From positions 1 to 40,200 of the IMG/VR virus record IMGVR_UViG_3300028920_000694: a DNA stretch of 40,200 nt; one strand, 5' to 3'. The position numbers and the translations under genes were made by a program. Origin of the DNA: a virus. This document shows positions 1 through 8,270 of this stretch, in pieces (positions within the stretch are counted from its first letter, which is position 1; each line of letters opens with the position of its first letter). The notes under the pieces are model-generated. The model did not search any database. It had not been told where the DNA came from and was given only the letters and a program-made list of their open reading frames with translations.

Positions 1-13
1 AGGAGGATTGGAA

Positions 14-181
14 ATGATTAAAGAGTGTAACTTCAAAGATGGTAATCAATGCGACTTAACTAGATCATATCCAAGACAGAGAATAGAATGTCCTGGAGAA
101 GAGAACTGTATTCTGTATCAGATATACAAAAACACATTGATAGATGATAGTATTTGTTATAAGAATAGGATTCCAGTATGA
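14..181 (+). CDS. small Cys-rich hypothetical protein (55 aa; not in ORF track)
   Basis: Hand translation MIKECNFKDGNQCDLTRSYPRQRIECPGEENCILYQIYKNTLIDDSICYKNRIPV*; AGGAGG Shine-Dalgarno at 1-6; codon style matches neighbours. Confidence 0.6.
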   Translation: MIKECNFKDGNQCDLTRSYPRQRIECPGEENCILYQIYKNTLIDDSICYKNRIPV

Positions 182-216
182 TATACAGAAGACATAGATA
201 AAGAGGTGTATAAAGA

Positions 217-666
217 ATGAATATAATAGGAGCATTTGATAGAGGCAGAATAGAAACAATAGTACCGAGACCTAATAGTGTTCTCATAATGATTACTGGA
301 CATAGAGAGACATATCCAAAATCATCATCAAAATGGGAAGACATATTAAAATTAAAGTTTGATGATGTGGATGGTAGAGTTCATGATATAGGATCATCTG
401 ATAATGTGATGTCTATAGAACAAGCTCATAAGATATTAGATTTTGTGATAGAGAATATAAACTGTGATGTATTTGTGAGTTGCGATGCTGGAATGAGTAG
501 AAGTCCAGGTATAGTAGTAGCATTAGAACAGATATTCAACTCTAAAGATGTAAGTGATAGTTATAGACATCATAACAGATTTGTAAAAAATAGAATCCGT
601 GATGTCTGGTATAATATCATTTGGAAAGGTAATCAAACTAGATTATTAGAAAAGGAAGATATATGA
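217..666 (+). CDS. protein-tyrosine/dual-specificity phosphatase-like protein
   Basis: CX5R P-loop VSCDAGMSRS; upstream acid loop LKFDDVD; family common in phages. Confidence 0.8.
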   Translation: MNIIGAFDRGRIETIVPRPNSVLIMITGHRETYPKSSSKWEDILKLKFDDVDGRVHDIGSSDNVMSIEQAHKILDFVIENINCDVFVSCDAGMSRSPGIVVALEQIFNSKDVSDSYRHHNRFVKNRIRDVWYNIIWKGNQTRLLEKEDI

Positions 667-1565
667 TAGTAATTGCATGGGACAGTTTAAGATTAGATGC
701 AGTAGAACCTCTTAAGGGTATTTTAGGGGAGGAGAGTTGGACTGATATGCCATCGATAGATGGATTTACAGGTCCTATTTTACCATCTATAGTATGTGGT
801 AAAACTCCTGAAGAGTTAGGAGTTGCGAGAGATGATTCTGCTTTCTGGTCTGGAATAGATCCAAAGAAGATAGATGATACAATGTTTGACCACTTTGATT
901 CACATATAACTATCTCTAGATTGATAGGTAATCCAACAATGCCTCATCAGACTATGGTTCCATCAAGGAGAGGACAGTGGAAGTTCATGCCACCAATCAA
1001 ATGGAATGAAGTAAGTAACTGGGAGATAGACATATGGAGATATCTAGGTAGGAAATGGAGTATGGCTGACCCTTACTGGGTAGATGTCATATTCTTCTGG
1101 AGTTTCATAACACATGGAAACTTTAGTGTATATGATTCTCTAGGTGCACTTGAATCACCAGAGATTAAGAATGGTGGATTAGTTATGAAGAGACTAGCAG
1201 AATCAGACCCAGAGAAATTAAGAAAGCTCTATATGATGGGAGTATATAATGCAGCAGAGACTCTAAAGGGGTTGAATGAGATATGTGGTGGAAATGAATT
1301 AATCATTTGTTTCTCTGACCATAATGAAGCTCTGGGTGAAGAAGTCAATGGACAGAAGGTAGTTGGACACTTTAAAGATATGAATAAGATTCCAGGACTG
1401 GAGAATATCCCCTGCTGGATAAACAAGCCAGATGTGAAGTTTCCAGAGAATATGAGTCAGTTAAAGTTGAAGGATTTCATTGTTGATATGTATAAGAAAT
1501 ATGAAAAGAATAATCCAGAGTATCAGGCATGGAAGAAGAAATTGGCAAGAGAGCAAAAGAGCTAG
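663..1565 (+). CDS. alkaline phosphatase/sulfatase superfamily metalloenzyme
   Basis: N-terminal IVIAWDSLRLD, THG, FSDHNE...GH metal ligands; candidate Thr nucleophile (GFTGP); no CxPxR sulfatase motif. Confidence 0.7.
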   Translation: MIVIAWDSLRLDAVEPLKGILGEESWTDMPSIDGFTGPILPSIVCGKTPEELGVARDDSAFWSGIDPKKIDDTMFDHFDSHITISRLIGNPTMPHQTMVPSRRGQWKFMPPIKWNEVSNWEIDIWRYLGRKWSMADPYWVDVIFFWSFITHGNFSVYDSLGALESPEIKNGGLVMKRLAESDPEKLRKLYMMGVYNAAETLKGLNEICGGNELIICFSDHNEALGEEVNGQKVVGHFKDMNKIPGLENIPCWINKPDVKFPENMSQLKLKDFIVDMYKKYEKNNPEYQAWKKKLAREQKS

Positions 1566-1678
1566 ATTCTCAAGAGATTATCTACAGAATCAGAATCGGT
1601 CCAAGAACAATTAAAAGATTGATTATTGCAGTCTGTATATGGATTGCATTGGTATGTTTAATGTGTAAATATTTATAG
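1529..1678 (+). CDS. small putative single-pass membrane protein (49 aa; not in ORF track)
   Basis: Hand translation MEEEIGKRAKELDSQEIIYRIRIGPRTIKRLIIAVCIWIALVCLMCKYL*; fills the gap between neighbours; hydrophobic C-terminus. Confidence 0.5.
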   Translation: MEEEIGKRAKELDSQEIIYRIRIGPRTIKRLIIAVCIWIALVCLMCKYL

Positions 1679-1690
1679 GAGAAATGAAAT

Positions 1691-1879
1691 ATGAGAAGTA
1701 GAAGGTTTCAAGCACCAGGATATGGAAGGAATAGACAACCAAGTGGAGATAAACCAGGAAGTGGACCAGGTGGAAATTGTGTATGTCCAAGTTGTGGATA
1801 CACAACACCACATTCTAGATTGAGTCCATGCAACACTAGAAGTTGCCCCAAGTGTGGAGCAACTATGACTAGGGAATAA
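1691..1879 (+). CDS. small Gly-rich, Cys-rich metal-binding protein
   Basis: GPGGNCVCPSCG...PHSRLSPCNTRSCPKCGATMTRE, a motif I recognise from small proteins of anaerobic archaea/bacteria; AGGAG SD at 1677-1681. Confidence 0.7.
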   Translation: MRSRRFQAPGYGRNRQPSGDKPGSGPGGNCVCPSCGYTTPHSRLSPCNTRSCPKCGATMTRE

Positions 1880-1881
1880 AT

Positions 1882-2172
1882 ATGGAACTTAAAGAATTGT
1901 GTAAAGAATCACATAAGATAGCAAAGGAGAAAGGATTCTATGATAGAGATAGAGATATACCTGAACTCCTTATGCTATGTGTTTCTGAATTAGGTGAAGC
2001 GTGTGAAGCAGATAGACATGGTGATTGGGAGATGTTCAAAGAAGAGATAGCAGATACATTCATAAGGCTAGCTGATATGTGTGAATTTCTAGAAATAGAT
2101 ATAGAAGAAGAAATAGAAAGAAAATCTAAGATAAATAAGAAGAGACAGTATAGACATGGAAAGCGATACTGA
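1882..2172 (+). CDS. mazG: MazG-like nucleoside triphosphate pyrophosphohydrolase
   Basis: SELGEACEA...EEIADTFIRLAD...KINKKRQYRHGK, typical short phage MazG-like all-alpha NTP-PPase. Confidence 0.85.
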   Translation: MELKELCKESHKIAKEKGFYDRDRDIPELLMLCVSELGEACEADRHGDWEMFKEEIADTFIRLADMCEFLEIDIEEEIERKSKINKKRQYRHGKRY

Positions 2173-2347
2173 TAATGAGAGCATCTGGGAAAGATACTGG
2201 ATTCGATGCCCTAAATGTAGGAGCAAGGATGTTGAAGGAACAGAATTGTTCAAGGGACATTATCGTGCAGGTAATCCTTTAAAGAAAAGGAATCAACAAA
2301 AGTATGTATGTAAAGAATGTGGGAATGAATGGTGGTTAGAAATATGA
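2156..2347 (+). CDS. zinc-ribbon protein (TFIIS/InsA-like fold)
   Basis: RCPKC...KYVCKECGNEW. Confidence 0.65.
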   Translation: MESDTDNESIWERYWIRCPKCRSKDVEGTELFKGHYRAGNPLKKRNQQKYVCKECGNEWWLEI

Positions 2348-4533
2348 AATTAACTGATTCAGCAATTGATTTAATGAGACAGAGATACTGCAGTCATGGT
2401 GAGAAACCTAATGATGTATTTCCAAGAGTAGCGAAAGCTGTAGCATCTCAAATGAATAGCGATCCAGATGCTAAACAGTTTCTAAAGATAATGGAAGATT
2501 TAGATTTCTTACCTAATTCTCCATGCTTGAGAAATGCTGGATATTCTAATCAAGTGAAAGCTTGTCTAACTAAAGATACAGTAATCCATTGTGCTCATGG
2601 AGATTATACAATAAGAGATTTAATGGATTATGATGGTGAGTTGTATGTATTTAGTAGAGATATTCATAATGGAATAAGATGTGCTAAAGCTACTAAGCCA
2701 ATATTATCAAGAAAGAATGCACAAGTTATGAAGATTGTTTTAGATACTGGACAATCAATAAAGTGTACCAAAGACCATCTTATAATGATGAGAGATGGAA
2801 CATATAAGGAAGCTGGTAAAATACAGTTGGAAGATTCTTTAATGCCATTTACTTATCATAGAGATAAATCTGGTCATAGACAAATACTGAATGATAATTA
2901 TAAATGGATTCCTGGATATAGAATAGTACAAGAAGATATTAATGGAATACCAGAAGTAGATGACAATAAAAAGTATGATATTCATCATATAGATGGAAAT
3001 GGAAATAATGATTACCCAACAAATCTTAAATTCATGGAACACGGAGAACATGCATCTTTACATATGCAAGGAAATAAATTAGGAGCATTTAAACGAAGTG
3101 ATGAAATAAAACAAAGATATTTAAAGGGAATGAAGAAAGCACACAATCATAAAGTAGTAATGACAGAAGATTGTCCAAATGAAGATGTATATGATATAGA
3201 AATAGTTGAAAAGTATCATAACTTTGCAGCAAATGGAATATTTGTACATAATTGTTTCGTACTACCCATAGAAGATTCAATGGAGAGCATATTCAAAACA
3301 CTTCATCAATCAGCTTTGATATTTAAATCAGGTGGAGGAGTTGGATATAATTTTAGTCAGATGAGAGAGAAAGGAGCACCATTATCTCATGGTGGAACAT
3401 CATCAGGAATTATGCCATTCCTAGATTTATATAATTCATTAACAGAAGCAGTTAAACAAGGTGGATTTAGAAGAGGGGCATCTATGGGTGTTCTAGATAT
3501 AGACCATCCAGAGATACTTTCATTCATAAAGGAGAAAGTAACTCCAGGTTCAATGAATAACTTTAATCTATCAGTGATGGTAGATGATGAATTCATGAAA
3601 GGAATAGAAGAAGATGATAAGATTCTGCTTAGGAGTAGATTAGATAGAAGAGTAATCAAAGGCAAATTCAATTGCAGAGACTTGTTCAATATCATAACAT
3701 ATTCTGCTTGGTTGAATGGAGATCCTGGATTGTTATTCTTTGATACAATTAATAAAGATAACATCCTTTATCCTAAGAATGAAATTAATGCCACGAATCC
3801 GTGTGGGGAAGTTCCCTTGCTTCCATATGAGAGTTGTTGTTTAGGTTCAATCAATCTATCTAACTTTGTCACTAAAGATAAATCATTTGATGAGGATAGA
3901 TTTAATGAAATAGTCAGAATAGGAACAAAGTTCCTGATGGGTATGACTAAGATATGTGAATTCCCTATAGATGAATGCTACAAAGCACAGTTTGAATGGC
4001 AAAGACTAGGACTAGGAGTCATGGGATTTGCAGATATGCTAATGAAGATGGAAATTATGTATGATTCAGTTCAGACTTTGAATCTGATAGATAAGATAGG
4101 AAGAATTCTTCAAGAGTCAAAGAAGGTTGCACCCATGTCTGTAGCTACACTATCAATAGCACCTACAGGTAGTCTTTCTATATTAGCTGATTGTTCATCT
4201 GGTATAGAACCATGGTTTGCTAATCAATACACAAGACATTTAACTATAGGCAAAGTATCAGAGAAGAGAGAATCTAAATATCTAAGAACTGCACATCAGA
4301 TTTCACCAGAATGGCATCTGAAAGTGCAAGCTAAATGGCAAGAATATATAGATAATGGAGTATCAAAGACAATTAATCTACCAAGCACAGCAACTATCCA
4401 AGAGATAGCAAATATATATATGAGTGCATGGAAGATGGGATGTAAAGGAATCACAGTCTTTAGAGATGGATGTCTTGGAGATACAGGACAAGTTCTAAGA
4501 AGCACATGTGATGATGAACAATGTTATCTATAG
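2344..4533 (+). CDS. nrdJ: class II (adenosylcobalamin-dependent) ribonucleotide reductase, intein-containing
   Basis: LPNSP, RRGASMG, NFNLSV, GDPG, ATNPCGE (thiyl radical Cys), ESCCLGSINL, IAPTGS, SSGIEP, SKTINLP, KGITVFRDG (no class I YY pair), C-terminal CDDEQC; start placed at ATGA overlap 2344. Confidence 0.93.
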   Translation: MKLTDSAIDLMRQRYCSHGEKPNDVFPRVAKAVASQMNSDPDAKQFLKIMEDLDFLPNSPCLRNAGYSNQVKACLTKDTVIHCAHGDYTIRDLMDYDGELYVFSRDIHNGIRCAKATKPILSRKNAQVMKIVLDTGQSIKCTKDHLIMMRDGTYKEAGKIQLEDSLMPFTYHRDKSGHRQILNDNYKWIPGYRIVQEDINGIPEVDDNKKYDIHHIDGNGNNDYPTNLKFMEHGEHASLHMQGNKLGAFKRSDEIKQRYLKGMKKAHNHKVVMTEDCPNEDVYDIEIVEKYHNFAANGIFVHNCFVLPIEDSMESIFKTLHQSALIFKSGGGVGYNFSQMREKGAPLSHGGTSSGIMPFLDLYNSLTEAVKQGGFRRGASMGVLDIDHPEILSFIKEKVTPGSMNNFNLSVMVDDEFMKGIEEDDKILLRSRLDRRVIKGKFNCRDLFNIITYSAWLNGDPGLLFFDTINKDNILYPKNEINATNPCGEVPLLPYESCCLGSINLSNFVTKDKSFDEDRFNEIVRIGTKFLMGMTKICEFPIDECYKAQFEWQRLGLGVMGFADMLMKMEIMYDSVQTLNLIDKIGRILQESKKVAPMSVATLSIAPTGSLSILADCSSGIEPWFANQYTRHLTIGKVSEKRESKYLRTAHQISPEWHLKVQAKWQEYIDNGVSKTINLPSTATIQEIANIYMSAWKMGCKGITVFRDGCLGDTGQVLRSTCDDEQCYL
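2563..3252 (+). mobile_element. intein (230 aa) with HNH homing endonuclease inside nrdJ
   Basis: Block A KA|CLTKDT, block B CTKDHLI, block F DVYDIEI, block G HNFAANGIFVHN|C; HNH motif DIHHIDGNGNNDYPTNL...HASLH. Confidence 0.92.
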
Positions 4534-4545
4534 AGGAGCAAATAA

Positions 4546-4758
4546 ATGGATGATGAAGAAGAGTCTACACGAGAGTTAGGAGAGCAAATCGTTGATGTAG
4601 TAAAAGAATCAATAAATCCTAATCTAGTCACTAGGTCTATTCACATACAGACTAGGTTTGGAATCGTAGTCACAGTGACCAGTCAAGATGATGAAGAAGA
4701 TATAGACAAATTGAGGAAAGTTGCAGAGGAGTTGACAGATAAATATATAGAGAAATAG
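4546..4758 (+). CDS. acidic hypothetical protein
   Basis: 70 aa ORF with GAGGAG SD. Confidence 0.65.
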   Translation: MDDEEESTRELGEQIVDVVKESINPNLVTRSIHIQTRFGIVVTVTSQDDEEDIDKLRKVAEELTDKYIEK

Positions 4759-4769
4759 AGGTGATGTTT

Positions 4770-4964
4770 ATGAACTGTCCCAAATGTGGGAGTAGAAGTC
4801 ACATCACAAAGACATTTGATAAGAGAGATAAAGTAATTAGAAATAGAAGATGTAATGACAAGGAATGTAAGTTCAAATTCACAACCACAGAACTAATTAG
4901 CTATGGTTGGGAATATAGGTCAATTGTAAAGAAAGTAAAAGAACTCGTAAGAGATGTAAAATAG
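4770..4964 (+). CDS. NrdR-like N-terminal zinc-ribbon protein (no ATP-cone)
   Basis: MNCPKCG...IRNRRCNDKECKFKFTTTE resembles NrdR CPxC...RRREC..C..RFTTxE; GAGGTGA SD at 4758-4764 favours ATG 4770. Confidence 0.7.
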   Translation: MNCPKCGSRSHITKTFDKRDKVIRNRRCNDKECKFKFTTTELISYGWEYRSIVKKVKELVRDVK

Positions 4965-4977
4965 GAGAGTGATATGA

Positions 4978-5124
4978 GTGGAGATAGAATTTGAAGAATT
5001 GAAGAAGATACATGATGCAGTCAAGGATGCATCAGAAAAGTATGTAATCAAATCATTCAAGCCATGGGAATCAGAAGGAACTAATAAAGAGTTCATAACC
5101 ATTGTTCTGGCTAAGATTGAATAA
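4978..5124 (+). CDS. small hypothetical protein (48 aa, GTG start; not in ORF track)
   Basis: Hand translation VEIEFEELKKIHDAVKDASEKYVIKSFKPWESEGTNKEFITIVLAKIE*; fills a gap; typical codon style. Confidence 0.5.
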   Translation: MEIEFEELKKIHDAVKDASEKYVIKSFKPWESEGTNKEFITIVLAKIE

Positions 5125-5146
5125 ATGTATATATAGGAGAAAAAGT

Positions 5147-5386
5147 ATGCCAAGAAAAAAGAAAGAACAAGAAGAAAAGCATGAGAGTATGTATATTGAT
5201 ACACCACCAGATAAGATTCTAACAAGTAAAGGATTTCATGAAGGAGCAAGTAGAGGACCCACAAGCAAAGAGAAAATAGAAGGGCTTCTGTATAGTTCAA
5301 TTAGTTTACTTTCAAGAAACATAAGGAACAAAGAAAGGGCAATTGAAAATATCCATAAAGCAATTGAGTTATTGAAAGAGATATAG
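5147..5386 (+). CDS. hypothetical protein
   Basis: MPRKKKEQEE start preceded by AGGAG; part of the track ORF 5102-5386. Confidence 0.6.
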   Translation: MPRKKKEQEEKHESMYIDTPPDKILTSKGFHEGASRGPTSKEKIEGLLYSSISLLSRNIRNKERAIENIHKAIELLKEI

Positions 5387-5387
5387 A

Positions 5388-5792
5388 ATGTTTGATGATG
5401 ATGAGTGGGGTTGGATTCATAGAGTAGAGGATATCCTCAACAATAGTTTCACTGGTGGATTCACTTATAGATCACCAGATAATTATGGGGAGCATGAAGA
5501 TGGTGTTCTCTATGCTAGTAAGACTCTAGAAGTTCTAGACTTTGAGGATTATCTATCTATATCTATGGAACTAAGAAATGTATCTGAAGATGAACTGGAT
5601 GTTCATTGTGAGGAAGAGTTCATCTCAATTAAATATATGTTTGAAGGAATGTGGAGAGAAAGGCCTCTAAGACTTCCATTCAAAGTTAATCCAGATACAG
5701 CTAAAATCTCATTCAACAATTTCATTCTGGATATAGAATTGGAGAAGATGAAGGATGATGAAAGAATTCGAAAGCATATGCAAAGTTCTTGA
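5388..5792 (+). CDS. Hsp20/alpha-crystallin family small heat-shock protein
   Basis: LEVLDFEDYLSISMEL...LRLPFKVNPDTAKISFNNFILDIELEK alpha-crystallin pattern, similar in style to archaeal sHsps. Confidence 0.75.
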   Translation: MFDDDEWGWIHRVEDILNNSFTGGFTYRSPDNYGEHEDGVLYASKTLEVLDFEDYLSISMELRNVSEDELDVHCEEEFISIKYMFEGMWRERPLRLPFKVNPDTAKISFNNFILDIELEKMKDDERIRKHMQSS

Positions 5793-5958
5793 AGATAATG
5801 GATTTGAGGTATCTAGTAGATACAATGCAACTAAGACTATATATATGAATAAGGATAAGAACATTCATATAGTGGTTGAGGTAGATGAAGGACAATTCAC
5901 TGAAGCAGATGAAGAAAGAGTCAAAGAAAGACTCAGAGCACTGGGGTATTTGGATTGA
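5755..5958 (+). CDS. small hypothetical protein ending in ERLRALGYLD motif
   Basis: C-terminal DEERVKERLRALGYLD, a tail typical of many AlkP/sulfatase-family proteins. Confidence 0.65.
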   Translation: MMKEFESICKVLEDNGFEVSSRYNATKTIYMNKDKNIHIVVEVDEGQFTEADEERVKERLRALGYLD

Positions 5959-6392
5959 AAAGAAAGTATCATAAAGGATGTGTGGAAAATCTCAATGATC
6001 CAGGTCCATATACAAAAACACATCCAATATATCCAATGAAAGACAAAGTAGAAAAGCCTTGGGGTTCATATGAAGTTCTTCTAAGTGAACCTAAATATGT
6101 AATAAAGAGAATCATAGTCAAACCTGAACAGAGATTGAGCTATCAATATCATGGATATCGTGATGAGACTTGGGTATTAATAGAAGGTTGTGGTGATGTA
6201 ACCATAAATGGTGAAACAAGATATTTAGATTCTACAGAAAATCCAATACACATATTAAGAGGAGAATTACATAGAGTTACAAATACATTGAATGATAGGG
6301 ATTTAGTGTTCATTGAGATTCAGACTGGAGATAAATTAGATGAGGCAGATATCATTAGATTAGAAGATGATTATGGGAGAGCAGATAAATGA
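5955..6392 (+). CDS. mannose-6-phosphate isomerase type II C-terminal (cupin) domain protein
   Basis: KPWGSYEVL, KRIIVKP.QRLSYQYH..R.E.W, HR..N, FIEIQTG..L.E.DIIRLEDDYGR; start may be 6036. Confidence 0.9.
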   Translation: MKRKYHKGCVENLNDPGPYTKTHPIYPMKDKVEKPWGSYEVLLSEPKYVIKRIIVKPEQRLSYQYHGYRDETWVLIEGCGDVTINGETRYLDSTENPIHILRGELHRVTNTLNDRDLVFIEIQTGDKLDEADIIRLEDDYGRADK

Positions 6393-7078
6393 AAGCAATT
6401 ATAATGGCTGCTGGTAAAGGAACAAGGCTTGCTCCACTTACAGATACACAACCTAAATGTATGGTGAAAGTGAAAGAGATTCCAATGATTATAAGAACTA
6501 TCAACACACTCATCAATGGAGTAGGAATTCCAATATCAGATATCATAGTCATCACTGGATACATGCAAGGAATCATTCATCAGTATTGTGCCCTCATGGC
6601 AAGTAAAGGTCTCACTTTCATTACTCAATTCAGAGCAGATGGGACTGCAAATGCAATCAATCTAGCAAAGAAGCACATAAAAGAAGACTTTCTAGTTCTA
6701 TCTGGAGATATAGTCTACAATAAATGTGACCTGATGAAGTTGAGACAGTTGAAGAATTCTATTCTATATACAAAACAAGATGAGAAACTCTATGAGTATG
6801 GAACTCTAGATATATGTGGAGACAAAATCAAAGCAATTCATGAGAAGTCTACAGAGCCTACATCTCATTTTGTCAACTGTGGAACATATCATTTCACACC
6901 AGAAGTATTTGACTACATACCTAAGACATCTGTGGATGAGAGATTCAATGAAAGAATCATCACCAACACCATCAATCTAATGATTAAGGATGGAATTGAA
7001 TTCACTGGAATAAGAGTGAAGGAATTAAATGAGATAACTTATCCAGAAGATATAGAGAAAGTGGAGGGAAGATTATGA
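6389..7078 (+). CDS. sugar-1-phosphate nucleotidyltransferase
   Basis: MKAIIMAAGKGTRLAPLTDTQPKCM, GTANAI, VLSGD, EKS. Confidence 0.9.
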   Translation: MKAIIMAAGKGTRLAPLTDTQPKCMVKVKEIPMIIRTINTLINGVGIPISDIIVITGYMQGIIHQYCALMASKGLTFITQFRADGTANAINLAKKHIKEDFLVLSGDIVYNKCDLMKLRQLKNSILYTKQDEKLYEYGTLDICGDKIKAIHEKSTEPTSHFVNCGTYHFTPEVFDYIPKTSVDERFNERIITNTINLMIKDGIEFTGIRVKELNEITYPEDIEKVEGRL

Positions 7079-8013
7079 AGAAGAAGATAATAATAACAGG
7101 AAGTAGTGGATTCATTGGTTCTGCACTTGTGAAATGGCTGCATAGAAAGTATGAGATATATGGAATTGATAGAAGACCACCATCTGATGAACTATTTAAT
7201 ATAAAAGACTTCAGACATTATCAATATGATATAGTAGATAAACTACCTAATCTACAGATGAATGGGGAGATATATGCAGTGATACATCTAGCAGCCAGAC
7301 CTGGAGTTAGAGACTCTAGAGAGAACTTTGAAGGTGTATGTAGAGATAACATACTTGGAACTCAGAGAATTCTAGATAAATGTGTGGATGATTGGAAACC
7401 AGAGATGCTTCTACTTGCGAGTTCATCTAGTGTATATGGAGATAATGGAAGTGATGGACATCCTCTTAAGGAGACAGATGCAGTGAATCCAAGAAGTCCT
7501 TATGCTATGAGTAAGCTGGCTGATGAAATGTTGATGCATACATATATGAACTCTGGACTTCTAGATGGAATAGAATGTTCTGCACTCAGATTCTTCACTG
7601 TCTTTGGACCTAATCAAAGAAATGAACTATCCATTCGAGCATTCACTGATTGGATTCTTAGAGATGAACCAATCACTCTCTATGGAACAGGAGAGCAATT
7701 ACGTGATTTTACTCATATAGATGATATCTGCAGTGGAATAGAAACTCTCTTAGATGCGGATATAATTCCACATTTAAGTAGTATACATAACATAGGTTCT
7801 GGAGATTCACATTCAATCAATGAGATAATTCACTTCATAGGAACATATCTACAGAAAGAAGTCAAGATTAACTATCAACCTAGAAACATATTTGATGTAG
7901 ACAAAACACTTGCAGATACATATAGAATGAAAGATTTAGGATGGCATCCTAAAGTAGATTTCTGGGATGGACTGAGAGGACAGATTGAATGGCAGAAGGA
8001 GCAGATGAAATGA
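7075..8013 (+). CDS. NAD-dependent nucleotide-sugar epimerase (UDP-glucuronate 4-epimerase-like)
   Basis: TGSSGFIG, HLAARPGVRDS, ASSSSVYG, YAMSK, LRFFTVFGP, RDFTHIDD. Confidence 0.9.
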   Translation: MKKKIIITGSSGFIGSALVKWLHRKYEIYGIDRRPPSDELFNIKDFRHYQYDIVDKLPNLQMNGEIYAVIHLAARPGVRDSRENFEGVCRDNILGTQRILDKCVDDWKPEMLLLASSSSVYGDNGSDGHPLKETDAVNPRSPYAMSKLADEMLMHTYMNSGLLDGIECSALRFFTVFGPNQRNELSIRAFTDWILRDEPITLYGTGEQLRDFTHIDDICSGIETLLDADIIPHLSSIHNIGSGDSHSINEIIHFIGTYLQKEVKINYQPRNIFDVDKTLADTYRMKDLGWHPKVDFWDGLRGQIEWQKEQMK

Positions 8014-8270
8014 ACTGTCCAGAATGTGGAGCAGAATTAGAAGCAGGTACAGTAGACTTGAATACCATTGGCTGGTGTTGCTCTAAATGTGGAATTAAGA
8101 TATATAAGAAAAAGAGTGAATTAGATAGAGTGATTGAGAAGTGGGAACCTATCATAAAAGAAATGGCTGAACAATCAGAAAGAGATTTCTATGAGTTATC
8201 TAAAATAATCTTCACTGTAGCAATTCAAGATGCATATAAATTAGCAGATTCAATAGGATGGAAAGAATGA
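8010..8270 (+). CDS. zinc-ribbon hypothetical protein
   Basis: MNCPECG...WCCSKCG; ATGA-coupled on both sides. Confidence 0.65.
   Translation: MNCPECGAELEAGTVDLNTIGWCCSKCGIKIYKKKSELDRVIEKWEPIIKEMAEQSERDFYELSKIIFTVAIQDAYKLADSIGWKE

Noticed and set aside
2156-2347. Possible IS1 InsA transposase fragment
   Set aside because: Only a Zn ribbon is present; no InsB/DDE domain, terminal inverted repeats or target duplication were seen.
2344-4533. Class I RNR alpha subunit (nrdA)
   Set aside because: It lacks the C-terminal Tyr-Tyr radical relay (has KGITVFRDG), and no nrdB/F beta subunit is nearby.
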